Positions 30,925-42,546 of a DNA stretch of 63,638 nt are shown in pieces. Source of the stretch: Candidatus Gemmiger excrementipullorum. Its GTDB lineage: Bacteria; Bacillota; Clostridia; Oscillospirales; Ruminococcaceae. Each line of letters starts with the position of its first letter. Within the stretch, counting starts at the first letter, position 1. The position numbers and the translations under genes were made by a program. The stretch spans positions 1-63,638 of the forward strand of contig DXEI01000023.1 in the NCBI GenBank assembly GCA_019115045.1, written 5' to 3'. The notes beneath the pieces were generated by a model. It saw only the letters and a program-made list of their open reading frames with translations, searched no databases and had not been told where the DNA came from.

Positions 30925-31909
30925 CCGCCCCAGCCTGTGGGCCGCGCTGACCACGGGCGTACTGGTCAATGTGCTGCTGCGCAGCCAAAGCGCATACTGG
31001 CCGCGCGCCGGGGCGCTGGCGGCGCTGGTGTGCGCGCCGCTGCTGGCGGCGGCTGCCTGGGTGTTTGCCCGCGCCTGGCGTGCCGGGCAAAGCCCGCTGC
31101 TGCGGCTGTTGTTTGCCGCGCTGCTGGCCTATTCTGCGGCGCTGGAGCTGCTGCATTTCTGGGCGCTGACGCAGCGGCTGTATACCGGCCTGCCGCTGAC
31201 GGTCGTCTGCCTGATGCTGCTGTTGCCGGGGGTCTACCTGCGGCGCGTCTCGGCCATCTCGCAGACGGCGCATGTGGTGCTCTGCCTGTTGCTGCTGGCT
31301 TCTGGGTTTATGCTGTTGACGGTTTTGCCGCGGCTGCGCGTCACCAACCTGCAGACCTTTGCCCTGCAGCCCGCTGACCTGCTGACAGCCGCCCAAGAAC
31401 AGCTGACACTGTACCCCGAATATCTTTTGTCGGCGCTGTGGCCGCAGCGCGGCCGGCAAAAACGCTGCCCGCTGCTGCGTTTGGCGCTGGCGGCGCTGTG
31501 GTTCGACGTGGGCATCCACCTGGTGCTGGAACTGTTTTACGGCGCAGCGCTGCCGCTGCGCGTCGACCCCGTGCACGCCGCCGCCCGCTGTGGGGCGCTG
31601 TCGGTGTTCAACCGGCTGGAAAGCTTGCAGCTGGCCTTGTGGGTCATGGCATTGGCGCTGAAACTGGCGCTGTATTTTTACGCCGCCTGCCTGCTGCTGG
31701 GGCAGACCCGCCAGCAGGCGAACGCAGTGCCGCTGCGGCGGTACCCGCTGTATCTGGGCGGCATGTGGGCGCTGTGCCTGCTGCTGCGCAATGCCGACCT
31801 GGACGCCGCGTTGCAGGCGCGCGGCGCGTTTGTATGGGGCTTTGCCGCGTTGACCGGGATGGGAGGTGCCGCCGCATGGCTTTGCCGCAAAACAAAGCGC
31901 TGTACCTGA
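30914..31909 (+). CDS. Divergent germination receptor subunit B-like permease
   Basis: About 10 TM segments, FNRLESL motif, position between the gerA- and gerC-like genes. Confidence 0.7.
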   Translation: MKRDRPSLWAALTTGVLVNVLLRSQSAYWPRAGALAALVCAPLLAAAAWVFARAWRAGQSPLLRLLFAALLAYSAALELLHFWALTQRLYTGLPLTVVCLMLLLPGVYLRRVSAISQTAHVVLCLLLLASGFMLLTVLPRLRVTNLQTFALQPADLLTAAQEQLTLYPEYLLSALWPQRGRQKRCPLLRLALAALWFDVGIHLVLELFYGAALPLRVDPVHAAARCGALSVFNRLESLQLALWVMALALKLALYFYAACLLLGQTRQQANAVPLRRYPLYLGGMWALCLLLRNADLDAALQARGAFVWGFAALTGMGGAAAWLCRKTKRCT

Positions 31910-32814
31910 TGGGGTGTTTGCTGATGAGCATGGTATTGAGCGGCTGCGGCGGCACGCCGCTGTCGGAACGGGAGATCGTGCGCGGGGTGTTGTTTGCGCA
32001 GCAGGGCGGTGCGTTTTCCGCCTGCCTGGTCGTGGCCGACCAGGAGGCCGAGGACACGCCCCGCAACCGCGCGGTCGCTGCCGCCGGCGAGACCCCGGCC
32101 CAGGCGCTGCAGCGCGCCGAGGACGCCCTGCCGGGGCAGGCGTACTACGGCCTGCTGGACCTGGCGGCACTGCCCGCGCAAACCGACTGGCAGACGGCGC
32201 AGCAGATCGGCACGCTGCTGTACGACGTGGCGCAGCCCGCGCCGGAACTTTCGGTCTTTGCGCTGGCAGAAGCCGATAACCCGGACTGGGAGGAAGAGGC
32301 CCCGGCGCTGTACGAAGCCATGAAAGCAGCGGAATCTGCTTACGAAGTACACTGCGGTTTACAGCAGATGTTTGCACAAAATGAAGTCTGCGCGGTACCG
32401 GCGCTGGCGCAAAGCGGGTACGACCTGTTGCTGCTGCCGCGGGACGGCGCGCCGCTGCGCTGCCGCGGCCTGGCCGGGGCACAGCTGGCCGCCGTGCTGT
32501 GCGGCCAGGCGCAGCGCCTGCAGGGAACGTTTGCCGGCGGGCAGGCAGCCTGCGAGGCCGACGCCCACGTTACCGTGGAAGGGCAGACCGTGCAGCTGCA
32601 CCTGCGCGCCTGCGCGCTGCAGGCCCTGACGGGACAGGCACCGGACGATCTGGAAAGTGCTTTGCAGCGGGAACTGCAGGCGTCGTTCGCCGCACTGTAC
32701 GGGCAGACGCACCGTGCCGGGGCCGACCCGTTCCATCTGGATTTCTGGCAGGCCTGCACCTACGGCCCGGGGCATCCCATGCAGGACCCGCAGCTGACGG
32801 TCTTGTTTGAATAA
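31876..32814 (+). CDS. Divergent germination receptor subunit C-like lipoprotein
   Basis: Lipobox LSGC followed by LSEREIVRG; GGGAGG RBS; operon position. Confidence 0.7.
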   Translation: MALPQNKALYLMGCLLMSMVLSGCGGTPLSEREIVRGVLFAQQGGAFSACLVVADQEAEDTPRNRAVAAAGETPAQALQRAEDALPGQAYYGLLDLAALPAQTDWQTAQQIGTLLYDVAQPAPELSVFALAEADNPDWEEEAPALYEAMKAAESAYEVHCGLQQMFAQNEVCAVPALAQSGYDLLLLPRDGAPLRCRGLAGAQLAAVLCGQAQRLQGTFAGGQAACEADAHVTVEGQTVQLHLRACALQALTGQAPDDLESALQRELQASFAALYGQTHRAGADPFHLDFWQACTYGPGHPMQDPQLTVLFE

Positions 32815-32908
32815 ACAGCAAAACAGCCCGCCCGGCATAAAACCGGGCGGGCTGCTTTGCTGTGTAATGTAGAACTGCTTTACAGGCTGCGTCCTGCAAA
32901 GGGCGCCG

Positions 32909-34087
32909 TCAGGACAGCGTCGTGGGGCGGGAGATGTAGATGAGGTCAGTGTCGGCGATGAAGGTCTGGAAGTTGTACAAGATCAGCACTTCGTCATAGC
33001 CCTCGCGCTCGATGGTCGAATCCAGCCCGTATTTGAAGTTGCGGAAATCGACGACGCCGATTTTCTCGTAGTTGGCGGTCAGGTAGGGGATAAAGCTGTT
33101 GGCGTAGCTGTCCTTGACGACGAGGATGCTGCCCTCGCCGTCGCCCTCAATGACCGAGTAGCCGTTGTTGCCGTCCAGGAAGGCGGCGTACTTGTCGCGC
33201 GTGGCAAATTTGTCGGTATTGATCAGGTTTTCCGTCGTCATGGGCTCATACTGGGCCTCGCCGGTGATGTTGTAGATCGTCATCTGGTTGGGCAGCGGGT
33301 AGTAGGTGATGGTGTCGTTCTCGACGTTCCACAGCCGCGTGGCCGAGTAATGCGTGCCCTGGAAACCTTCTACCGTCACGGCTTCGTGGGCGTCGCGGTC
33401 AAACGGCGTCAGGCCTTTGAGGGCGCAGAACTGCTCATACGCGCGGTAGGCGCCGTTCGTCGTCCAGTGGTGGTCGGTCTTGAAATACAGGTACTCGTCC
33501 CTGCGTGCGGTGAACGGCTCGCGCAGGTCGATGACGGCGGCGCTTTCGCCCACCTGGGCAAAGATGTCGTCCAGCAGCGCGTTTTCGTCGGCCATCGGCG
33601 CGCCGGCGGGCAGCGCTTCGGGGTAGATCACGCTGGCGGACGGTGCGAGCAGAAAGGTAACTTTGCCGGGGTAGCGCGCGGCAAACTCCGCCACGGCCTG
33701 CACGTTTTTGGCCGTCTGTTGGCGGGTGGCGTCGTCAATGGTGAACAGTTTGGTGAACATCCACTGGTCTTTGCCCAGCAGGATGCCGCCCTCCTCGGCT
33801 TTCTGGAACACGATCTCATCGGCCGCGCGCTGGGTGTTGATCCAGGCATCGCGCAGCAGAAACTGGTCCTGCATCCAGCGGGCGAACCCGCTCTGCCAGC
33901 GGCCGTCCAGCAGCGCCTCGACGCTGAACGCGGGGAACTGGGCCGCTTTGCGGTTTTCCAGCTCGATCATATCGCGCTTGGGCCAAACCAGGTTGGCGAT
34001 GGCCAGCCCCAACAGCAGCAGCGCACTTGCAGCCAGCAGGGGCACGCCTGCCCGCCGCCCGGATTTTCGGTATACGACTTTAGACAT
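32909..34087 (-). CDS. DHHW family protein (AlgJ/AlgX-like SGNH O-acyltransferase)
   Basis: N-terminal anchor, ENR, YFKTDHHW, VKDSYAN. Confidence 0.88.
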   Translation of the reverse strand: MSKVVYRKSGRRAGVPLLAASALLLLGLAIANLVWPKRDMIELENRKAAQFPAFSVEALLDGRWQSGFARWMQDQFLLRDAWINTQRAADEIVFQKAEEGGILLGKDQWMFTKLFTIDDATRQQTAKNVQAVAEFAARYPGKVTFLLAPSASVIYPEALPAGAPMADENALLDDIFAQVGESAAVIDLREPFTARRDEYLYFKTDHHWTTNGAYRAYEQFCALKGLTPFDRDAHEAVTVEGFQGTHYSATRLWNVENDTITYYPLPNQMTIYNITGEAQYEPMTTENLINTDKFATRDKYAAFLDGNNGYSVIEGDGEGSILVVKDSYANSFIPYLTANYEKIGVVDFRNFKYGLDSTIEREGYDEVLILYNFQTFIADTDLIYISRPTTLS

Positions 34088-34102
34088 ACAGACCCCTCCC
34101 GC

Positions 34103-35497
34103 TTAGAAATTGGCGTACAACGCCGTGGCGTTGGTGGCGGCCACCACATAGGCGATGCACAGCAGCGTCAGCAGCACAAACAGCACGATCTTCAGCGGCA
34201 GAATGCGGCTGACCTTGCCCCACAGCCAGCGCGGCAGGGGCGAGGAGCACACGCAACCCAGCGCCAGCAGCACGCCGTAGTTGCGCAGCGAATACACCGG
34301 CGAGATGCCGCCTTGCGGTACAAACAGCTTTTGCAGCAGCAGACCCAGCGGCGCGCCGGGCTGGTTGGCGGTAAAGATGCCCCAGCCCAGCACCACAAAG
34401 AACAGCGTGTACATATGCGGCCAGACCTTGCCTTTTTTGAGGTGCCGGAGCAGGAACAGTTTCTCGATGGTCAGCAGCACAAAGTAGTAAAGCCCCCAGC
34501 AGATAAAGTTCCAGCTGGCGCCGTGCCAGATGCCGGTGGCCGCCCAGACCAGCAGCATGTTGAACAGCTGGCGGCCCTGGCCTTTGCGGTTGCCGCCCAG
34601 CGGGATGTAGATATAATCCCGGAACCAGGAGGACAGCGAGATATGCCACCGGCGCCAGAACTCGGTGATGCTGCCGGCGATATACGGCAGGTCAAAGTTG
34701 GCGGCGCAGTCAAAGCCCAGCATGGCGGCCAGGCCGTTGCTCATCTCGCTGTAGCCGGCAAAGTCAAAGTACAGCTGCAGCGAGTAGGCCAGGATGCCCA
34801 GCCAGGCCAGCGGCGTCGACACCGCGGCCAGCCCCACGCCGCCGGAACCGATGATGTCGGTCCACAGCGCACCGATGGAATCGGCCAGGATGACCTTTTT
34901 GGCCAGGCCGAACACAAACAGCGCGACGCCGTGTTCGATCTGCGGCAGCGTGCAGCGGCCCGACGTTTTGTGCAGCTGCGGGGCCATGTCGCGGTACTTG
35001 ACGATGGGGCCGACGATCAGCTGCGGGAAAAACAGCACATAAGCGGCAAATGTCAGCGGGTCGCGCTCGGCTTCCACCTTGCCGGTGTAGACGTCGACCT
35101 CATAGCTGATGATCTTGAAGATATAGTAGCTGATGCCCAGCGGCAATACGTCGCCGATCTCCAGCTCCGCCAGCTGCAAGCTGGCCAGCTGGTTCAGCGT
35201 CTCGATCAGGAAGTTGGCGTATTTGAAGTACACCAGCACGCCCAGGTTGACCAGCACGGCCGCCAGCGGCAGCACAGCGCGCAGCTTGGCGCGCGCGGCC
35301 GACGTCAGCAGGCCCCACAGGTAGTTGAACACGACCAGGCAGGCGATCAAAGGCAGGAACTCGATGCCGGTCCAGCAGTAAAACACCAGGCTTTCCAGCA
35401 GCAAAACGGCGTTTTTGGCGCGGCCGGGCGCTATGTAATACAAAAGCAGGGCCAGCGGCAAAAAGCAGAACAAAAAGACCACACTGTTAAAAACCAT
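34103..35497 (-). CDS. MBOAT family O-acyltransferase (AlgI/DltB-like)
   Basis: LPLGISYY, FPQLIVGPI, YFDFAGYS, EFWRRWHISLS, GIWHGA. Confidence 0.93.
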   Translation of the reverse strand: MVFNSVVFLFCFLPLALLLYYIAPGRAKNAVLLLESLVFYCWTGIEFLPLIACLVVFNYLWGLLTSAARAKLRAVLPLAAVLVNLGVLVYFKYANFLIETLNQLASLQLAELEIGDVLPLGISYYIFKIISYEVDVYTGKVEAERDPLTFAAYVLFFPQLIVGPIVKYRDMAPQLHKTSGRCTLPQIEHGVALFVFGLAKKVILADSIGALWTDIIGSGGVGLAAVSTPLAWLGILAYSLQLYFDFAGYSEMSNGLAAMLGFDCAANFDLPYIAGSITEFWRRWHISLSSWFRDYIYIPLGGNRKGQGRQLFNMLLVWAATGIWHGASWNFICWGLYYFVLLTIEKLFLLRHLKKGKVWPHMYTLFFVVLGWGIFTANQPGAPLGLLLQKLFVPQGGISPVYSLRNYGVLLALGCVCSSPLPRWLWGKVSRILPLKIVLFVLLTLLCIAYVVAATNATALYANF

Positions 35498-35578
35498 GCG
35501 CGCACTCCTCTTTGTCTTTTATACAAAACCAGGCCGTTACCCGTGGGTAGCGGCCTGGCGGGGTCCATAGTGCGAAGC

Positions 35579-36166
35579 TCAGAAGGCGAGGGCCGTCTCC
35601 AGCGCGGCGTCGATGGCGCCGTAGTCGCCGCCGACGCTGGCGATGACGATGGCCACATAGTTGCCGCTGGTCACGATGCGCGCGTCCTGCGCCATGGCGA
35701 TCTTGTCGGCAAACTCAGCGTACATGTCGTTGGCGGTCAGGCTGTCCTTGTAGGCCTGCAGTTCGGCTTCCACGTCAGCGGCTTTGCCGTCCTTGGCCTG
35801 CGCCACAAACACGAGGCCGCAGTCCGCCTGGTCGTTGGTCACATCGCCCTTGTAGGCGACCAGGTTGTCCATCGTCAGCATCAGCTCATTCTCGACCGAG
35901 AAATCGTCCAGCGCGCGGGGGTTGGCGATGGGGTTGACTTCTTCCAGCGCGGCCACGGCGCTTTCCAGGTTGGCGGTCTGCGCTTCCTCGGCCGGGGCTT
36001 CGCTGGCCGTGCTGTCAGCGGCGGGCTCAGTCGTCTCCTCGGACGTGGCGGCAGACTCCGAAGCGACCGAGGCCGCCTCACTGGAAGTCGCCTCGGTATC
36101 GGCGGTGTTGCCGCAGCCAGCCAGCAGCATGGCGGCGCACAGAACAAACGGGATCAATTTTTTCAT
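35579..36166 (-). CDS. DUF4358-like lipoprotein
   Basis: Lipobox LAGC, acidic S/A/E/T linker, compact C-terminal domain ending GNYVAIVI. Confidence 0.75.
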   Translation of the reverse strand: MKKLIPFVLCAAMLLAGCGNTADTEATSSEAASVASESAATSEETTEPAADSTASEAPAEEAQTANLESAVAALEEVNPIANPRALDDFSVENELMLTMDNLVAYKGDVTNDQADCGLVFVAQAKDGKAADVEAELQAYKDSLTANDMYAEFADKIAMAQDARIVTSGNYVAIVIASVGGDYGAIDAALETALAF

Positions 36167-36420
36167 GGGAAGTTCTCCTTTTACACAGGGCCGGCGTGCC
36201 GGCCGTACTCTTCAAGGCGCAAGGCGCCCTGTACTTTCCAACAATGCGATTGGATACTTTATAACAATACACTATTTGGGGGCGTTTTTCAACCCGTTTC
36301 TGTCGAATTGCTGGCAGAAAACCCGGCAAAGGTTGTAAAATTTTTATGCCCTTGACAAAAAACGCGGGTTTGCCGTACACTGCAAAGAAAGGAGCGCAGA
36401 CAAAGAGGGGAGGGCCCGCC

Positions 36421-36975
36421 ATGCCAAACGGGAAAGCACGCCGCGTTGCCGGCACGGGGATGCTGTTTGCGCTGGCCATCGCGCTTTCCTGGCTGGAGTC
36501 CTGCGTGACGCCGCTGCTGGGGCTGATGCCGGCGCTGAAACTGGGGCTTGCCAACATCGTCGTCATGTACGCGCTGCTGTTTTTGGACACGCGCAGCGCG
36601 GCGGCGCTGGTGGCGCTCAAGGCGCTGTTTGCACTGCTCACGCGCGGGGTCACGGCCGGGGCGCTTTCAGGGTGCGGCGGCGCGCTGTCGCTGCTGGTGC
36701 TGTGGGCGCTGCTGCGCGCGCCGGTTTCCGTCAGCGGGTATCTGTTCTGCGTCTGCGGCGCGCTGGCGCATAACCTAGGGCAGCTGGCCGGGGCGGCGGT
36801 GATCCTTTCCAGCGCGATGGCGCTGGGGTACGCCCCGGTTTTGCTGGTGGCCGGGCTCGCCGTCGGCGCGCTGAACAGCCTGCTGGCGGGCGCTGTATAC
36901 GCCGCGCTGCCCGCCGCTATGACGCGGCGCAGGAACGGGCGCGGCCCTTTCGCTAAAAATAAGAATATTTCTTAA
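36421..36975 (+). CDS. Gx transporter family / heptaprenyl diphosphate synthase component I-like membrane protein
   Basis: LSWLES, KLGLAN, AHNLGQL. Confidence 0.85.
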   Translation: MPNGKARRVAGTGMLFALAIALSWLESCVTPLLGLMPALKLGLANIVVMYALLFLDTRSAAALVALKALFALLTRGVTAGALSGCGGALSLLVLWALLRAPVSVSGYLFCVCGALAHNLGQLAGAAVILSSAMALGYAPVLLVAGLAVGALNSLLAGAVYAALPAAMTRRRNGRGPFAKNKNIS

Positions 36976-36992
36976 AAATTGCAAAAACTTGC

Positions 36993-37021
36993 TTGACAAA
37001 CACAAAAATAGACGCTATAAT
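36993..37021 (+). promoter_or_regulatory. SigA promoter of rubrerythrin
   Basis: Perfect TTGACA-17 bp-TATAAT. Confidence 0.8.
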
Positions 37022-37086
37022 ACTGTCAAAGACACAGGAATGCGTCTTACAGGAGCATACAACGTTCATAACAGGAGGCTACTACC

Positions 37087-37623
37087 ATGACCAAATATGT
37101 TTGCACCGTCTGCGGCTACATTGCCGAAGGTTCCATCCCCGAGTTCTGCCCCGTCTGCAAGGCGCCGGCTTCCAAGTTCATCGAGAAGAAAGACAACACC
37201 TATGTGACCGAGCATGTCGTCGGCATCGCCAAGGACGCCCCGGAGGACATCATCCAGGGCCTGCGCGAGAACTTCAACGGCGAGTGCAGCGAAGTCGGCA
37301 TGTACCTGGCGATGAGCCGTGTGGCGGACCGCGAGGGCTACCCCGAGATCGCCGAGGCCTGGAAGCGCTACGCGTTTGAGGAAGCTGAGCATGCTTCCAA
37401 GTTTGCCGAGCTGCTGGGCGAAGTGCTGACCGACAGCACCAAGAAGAACCTGCAGATGCGCGTGGATGCCGAGTGCGGCGCCTGCGCCGGCAAGATGGAC
37501 ATCGCCAAGAAGGCCAAAGAGCTGGGCCTGGATGCCATCCATGACACCGTGCACGAGATGGCCAAGGACGAAGCTCGTCACGGCCGCGGCATGCAGGGCC
37601 TGCTGGACCGTTACTTCAAATAA
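37087..37623 (+). CDS. Reverse rubrerythrin / NADH peroxidase
   Basis: N-terminal rubredoxin CTVC...CPVC, then diiron motifs EEAEH and DEARH. Confidence 0.93.
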   Translation: MTKYVCTVCGYIAEGSIPEFCPVCKAPASKFIEKKDNTYVTEHVVGIAKDAPEDIIQGLRENFNGECSEVGMYLAMSRVADREGYPEIAEAWKRYAFEEAEHASKFAELLGEVLTDSTKKNLQMRVDAECGACAGKMDIAKKAKELGLDAIHDTVHEMAKDEARHGRGMQGLLDRYFK

Positions 37624-37698
37624 GCAAAACGGTCTTTCCAACTGAAAACGAACGGCGTACCGGGCCGGGGCATTGCCTCGGCCCGGTCGCTGTTGCGT

Positions 37699-38388
37699 TT
37701 ATGCGCCGCGGCAGGCAAAAAAGCGGCCCTGTTTGTCACAGGCGGCGTAAAAGACCTCGTGCCGCTGGCCGATGCCGGCCTTGTGCAGCTGGGCCTGCAG
37801 CCAGCTTTCGTCGCGGCCGGTCGCTTTGAGGTTATCCGCCATCAGCCGCCCGTCCAAAATCAGGTCGTACCAGGCGCTGGCAGGGTCCGGGGCAAGGCCC
37901 AGGTCCTGCGGGGTGGCCGGGCGGCTGGTGCTTTTGGGCAAAAAGCTGATCTGGCCGTTGTTTTCCAAAATCGCAGTCTCGATCTCGTTGGGGTCAAAGT
38001 ATCCGGCGATGCGCGCCTGGCCCAAAAATTCGTTGAGGTCGATCATGGCGCGCCGCAGGCTCTCTTTGCGGATAACACCGTTTTGCATCAGGATCACGGC
38101 GCGCCCGCTCCAGAACGTGCGCAGCGCCACGCTCTTGCAGGCGGAACGCTCGACGCCCCAGGTCACGACGCCGTAGACGATGAGCGCGGTCAAGGGGCGG
38201 TACCAGGCTTCCAGATTTGTCGCCATCTCGGCGGCGATGGAGCCGACGGTGACGGCATTGAGATAGTCGAACGGGCTCATCTGCGCGATCTGCCGCTTGC
38301 CGCCCAGCCGCGTGAACAGGAACATCGCGGCCAGCGAGAGCAGGCTCGTCAGCGCCACCTGGGCGATCTCTCTTCCAATTTGCTGCAT
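37699..38388 (-). CDS. DUF421/YetF family membrane protein (second copy)
   Basis: GGKRQIAQMSPFDY, AILENNGQISFLPK. Confidence 0.88.
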   Translation of the reverse strand: MQQIGREIAQVALTSLLSLAAMFLFTRLGGKRQIAQMSPFDYLNAVTVGSIAAEMATNLEAWYRPLTALIVYGVVTWGVERSACKSVALRTFWSGRAVILMQNGVIRKESLRRAMIDLNEFLGQARIAGYFDPNEIETAILENNGQISFLPKSTSRPATPQDLGLAPDPASAWYDLILDGRLMADNLKATGRDESWLQAQLHKAGIGQRHEVFYAACDKQGRFFACRGA

Positions 38389-38515
38389 ATAGACCCTCCT
38401 GCCGGGTTTATTTTGGGCAGAGAGCTAACAGTTTATCCCACCTCTTGCACATTTTGCAAGAAAAAGCTACAATAAGTACTACTTGTATCTTTGGTGCGAA
38501 AGGGGGGCGGCGGCG

Positions 38516-39478
38516 ATCCGGTACATTTTCCTCATCAACCCGGCCGCAGGCAAGGCGGACGCTACCGCCGAGCTCCTGCCGCGCATCCACGCGGCGGCTG
38601 CGCGCGCCGGGGTGCAGCCGGTCGTGCAGATCACGCAGTATGCCGGGCATGCCCGCGAACTTGCCGCCGCCTGTGCGGCGCAAGCGGAGCCGGCGTATCT
38701 TTACGCCTGCGGCGGGGACGGCACCCTCAACGAAGTGATACAGGGGGCGGCCGGGTGCGAACACATCGCTGTCGGGTGCATCCCGTGCGGCAGCGGCAAC
38801 GACTATGTGCGCAATTTCGGCACGCAGCAGGACTTTCTGGACCTGGACGCCCAGCTGGCGGCCTGCGCGGTGTCAGTCGATCTGATCCGCACACCGCAGG
38901 GGTACGGCATCGAGATCTATGCCGCCGGCATCGACGCCCAGGTGGCCAACGGCATCGCCAAATGGCGGCGGGTGCCGCTGTGCGGCGGCACAACGGCCTA
39001 TTCGCTTTCGATTTTGGAGGCGGTGTGCAGCACGTTCCGCCATGCCTTGCGCATCCGGGCCGAAAATTTTGCGCAGGAAGGCGCGTACATGATGCTGGCC
39101 ATCTGCAACGCGCAGCTGTACGGCGGCGGTTACCGCGCTGCGCCCTGTGCCAGCATGGACGACGGCCTGCTGGACGTCGTACTGCTCAAACCGGTGCCGC
39201 GCCTGCGGCTGCCCGGCCTGCTGGCGCAGTACCGGCAGGGCAAACACCTGACGCCGCAGGGCGAGGTCACGCCGGCGTTCCGCCCCTACCTGACCTATTT
39301 CCGCACGCCGTACATCGACATTGAAGTATTGGACGGCAAACCGTTGATGACCACGCTGGACGGCGAATGCCGCCCGCAGCAGGCCCTGCACGCCGAGGCG
39401 GCGCGGCGCAGCGTCCGCATCCTTCTGCCGCCGCAGCTCGCACACAACGCGCCTGTCTTACAGGCTATGGGAGAGTAA
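38516..39478 (+). CDS. Diacylglycerol/lipid kinase (YegS/BmrU family); start codon uncertain (ATC at 38516 or TTG at 38483)
   Basis: INPAAG, GGDGTLNE, PCGSGND, YGGG. Confidence 0.88.
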   Translation: MRYIFLINPAAGKADATAELLPRIHAAAARAGVQPVVQITQYAGHARELAAACAAQAEPAYLYACGGDGTLNEVIQGAAGCEHIAVGCIPCGSGNDYVRNFGTQQDFLDLDAQLAACAVSVDLIRTPQGYGIEIYAAGIDAQVANGIAKWRRVPLCGGTTAYSLSILEAVCSTFRHALRIRAENFAQEGAYMMLAICNAQLYGGGYRAAPCASMDDGLLDVVLLKPVPRLRLPGLLAQYRQGKHLTPQGEVTPAFRPYLTYFRTPYIDIEVLDGKPLMTTLDGECRPQQALHAEAARRSVRILLPPQLAHNAPVLQAMGE

Positions 39479-39480
39479 GC

Positions 39481-41925
<2,445 letters not shown>

Positions 41926-41943
41926 AAGGACCCGCCCCTTGCT

Positions 41944-42546
41944 ATGAACTGGAACAACTGCGCTTTTTTGGCTTCCTACGGGCTGTCCCGCCAGCTGCCG
42001 CCCAGCGACCGGCCGGAGATCGTGTTTTCCGGCCGGTCCAACGTCGGCAAATCCAGCCTGATCAACCGGCTGAGCAACCGCAAAAACCTGGCGCGCGTCA
42101 GCGCGACGCCGGGCAAAACGGCTACCATCAACTTTTATACGGCCGATACCGCCTACTTTGTGGACCTGCCGGGCTACGGCTATGCCAAAGTTTCCAACGC
42201 CGAGCGCGCGCGCTGGGACGAGCTCATCAACAGCTATTTTGAGGCTGACCGCGCGGTCTGCCTGCTGGTGCAGCTGCTGGACTGCCGCCACGCGCCCAGC
42301 GCCGACGATGTGCAGATGCTGGAATACCTGCGCTACCACGGCATCCCGTTCGTGGCGGCGCTGACCAAAGCCGACAAGCTCAAAAAGTCGCAGCTGGAAG
42401 CCTGCCAGGCCGAATTTGAGCGCCTGTGCGCACCGTACGGCTGCCAGGGCGTGTTCCTGACCAGCGCGGCCAACGGCGCCGGCATCGACGCGCTGCGCGC
42501 CTGCCTGGAACAGCGCCTGGCGGGGGAGAACACCCATGGCGTATAA
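41944..42546 (+). CDS. engB: Ribosome biogenesis GTPase YihA/YsxC
   Basis: GRSNVGKSS, DLPGYG, TKADK. Confidence 0.95.
   Translation: MNWNNCAFLASYGLSRQLPPSDRPEIVFSGRSNVGKSSLINRLSNRKNLARVSATPGKTATINFYTADTAYFVDLPGYGYAKVSNAERARWDELINSYFEADRAVCLLVQLLDCRHAPSADDVQMLEYLRYHGIPFVAALTKADKLKKSQLEACQAEFERLCAPYGCQGVFLTSAANGAGIDALRACLEQRLAGENTHGV

Noticed and set aside
32909-35497. dlt operon for teichoic acid D-alanylation
   Set aside because: No dltA, dltC or dltD; the partner is a DHHW protein, which fits O-acetylation better.
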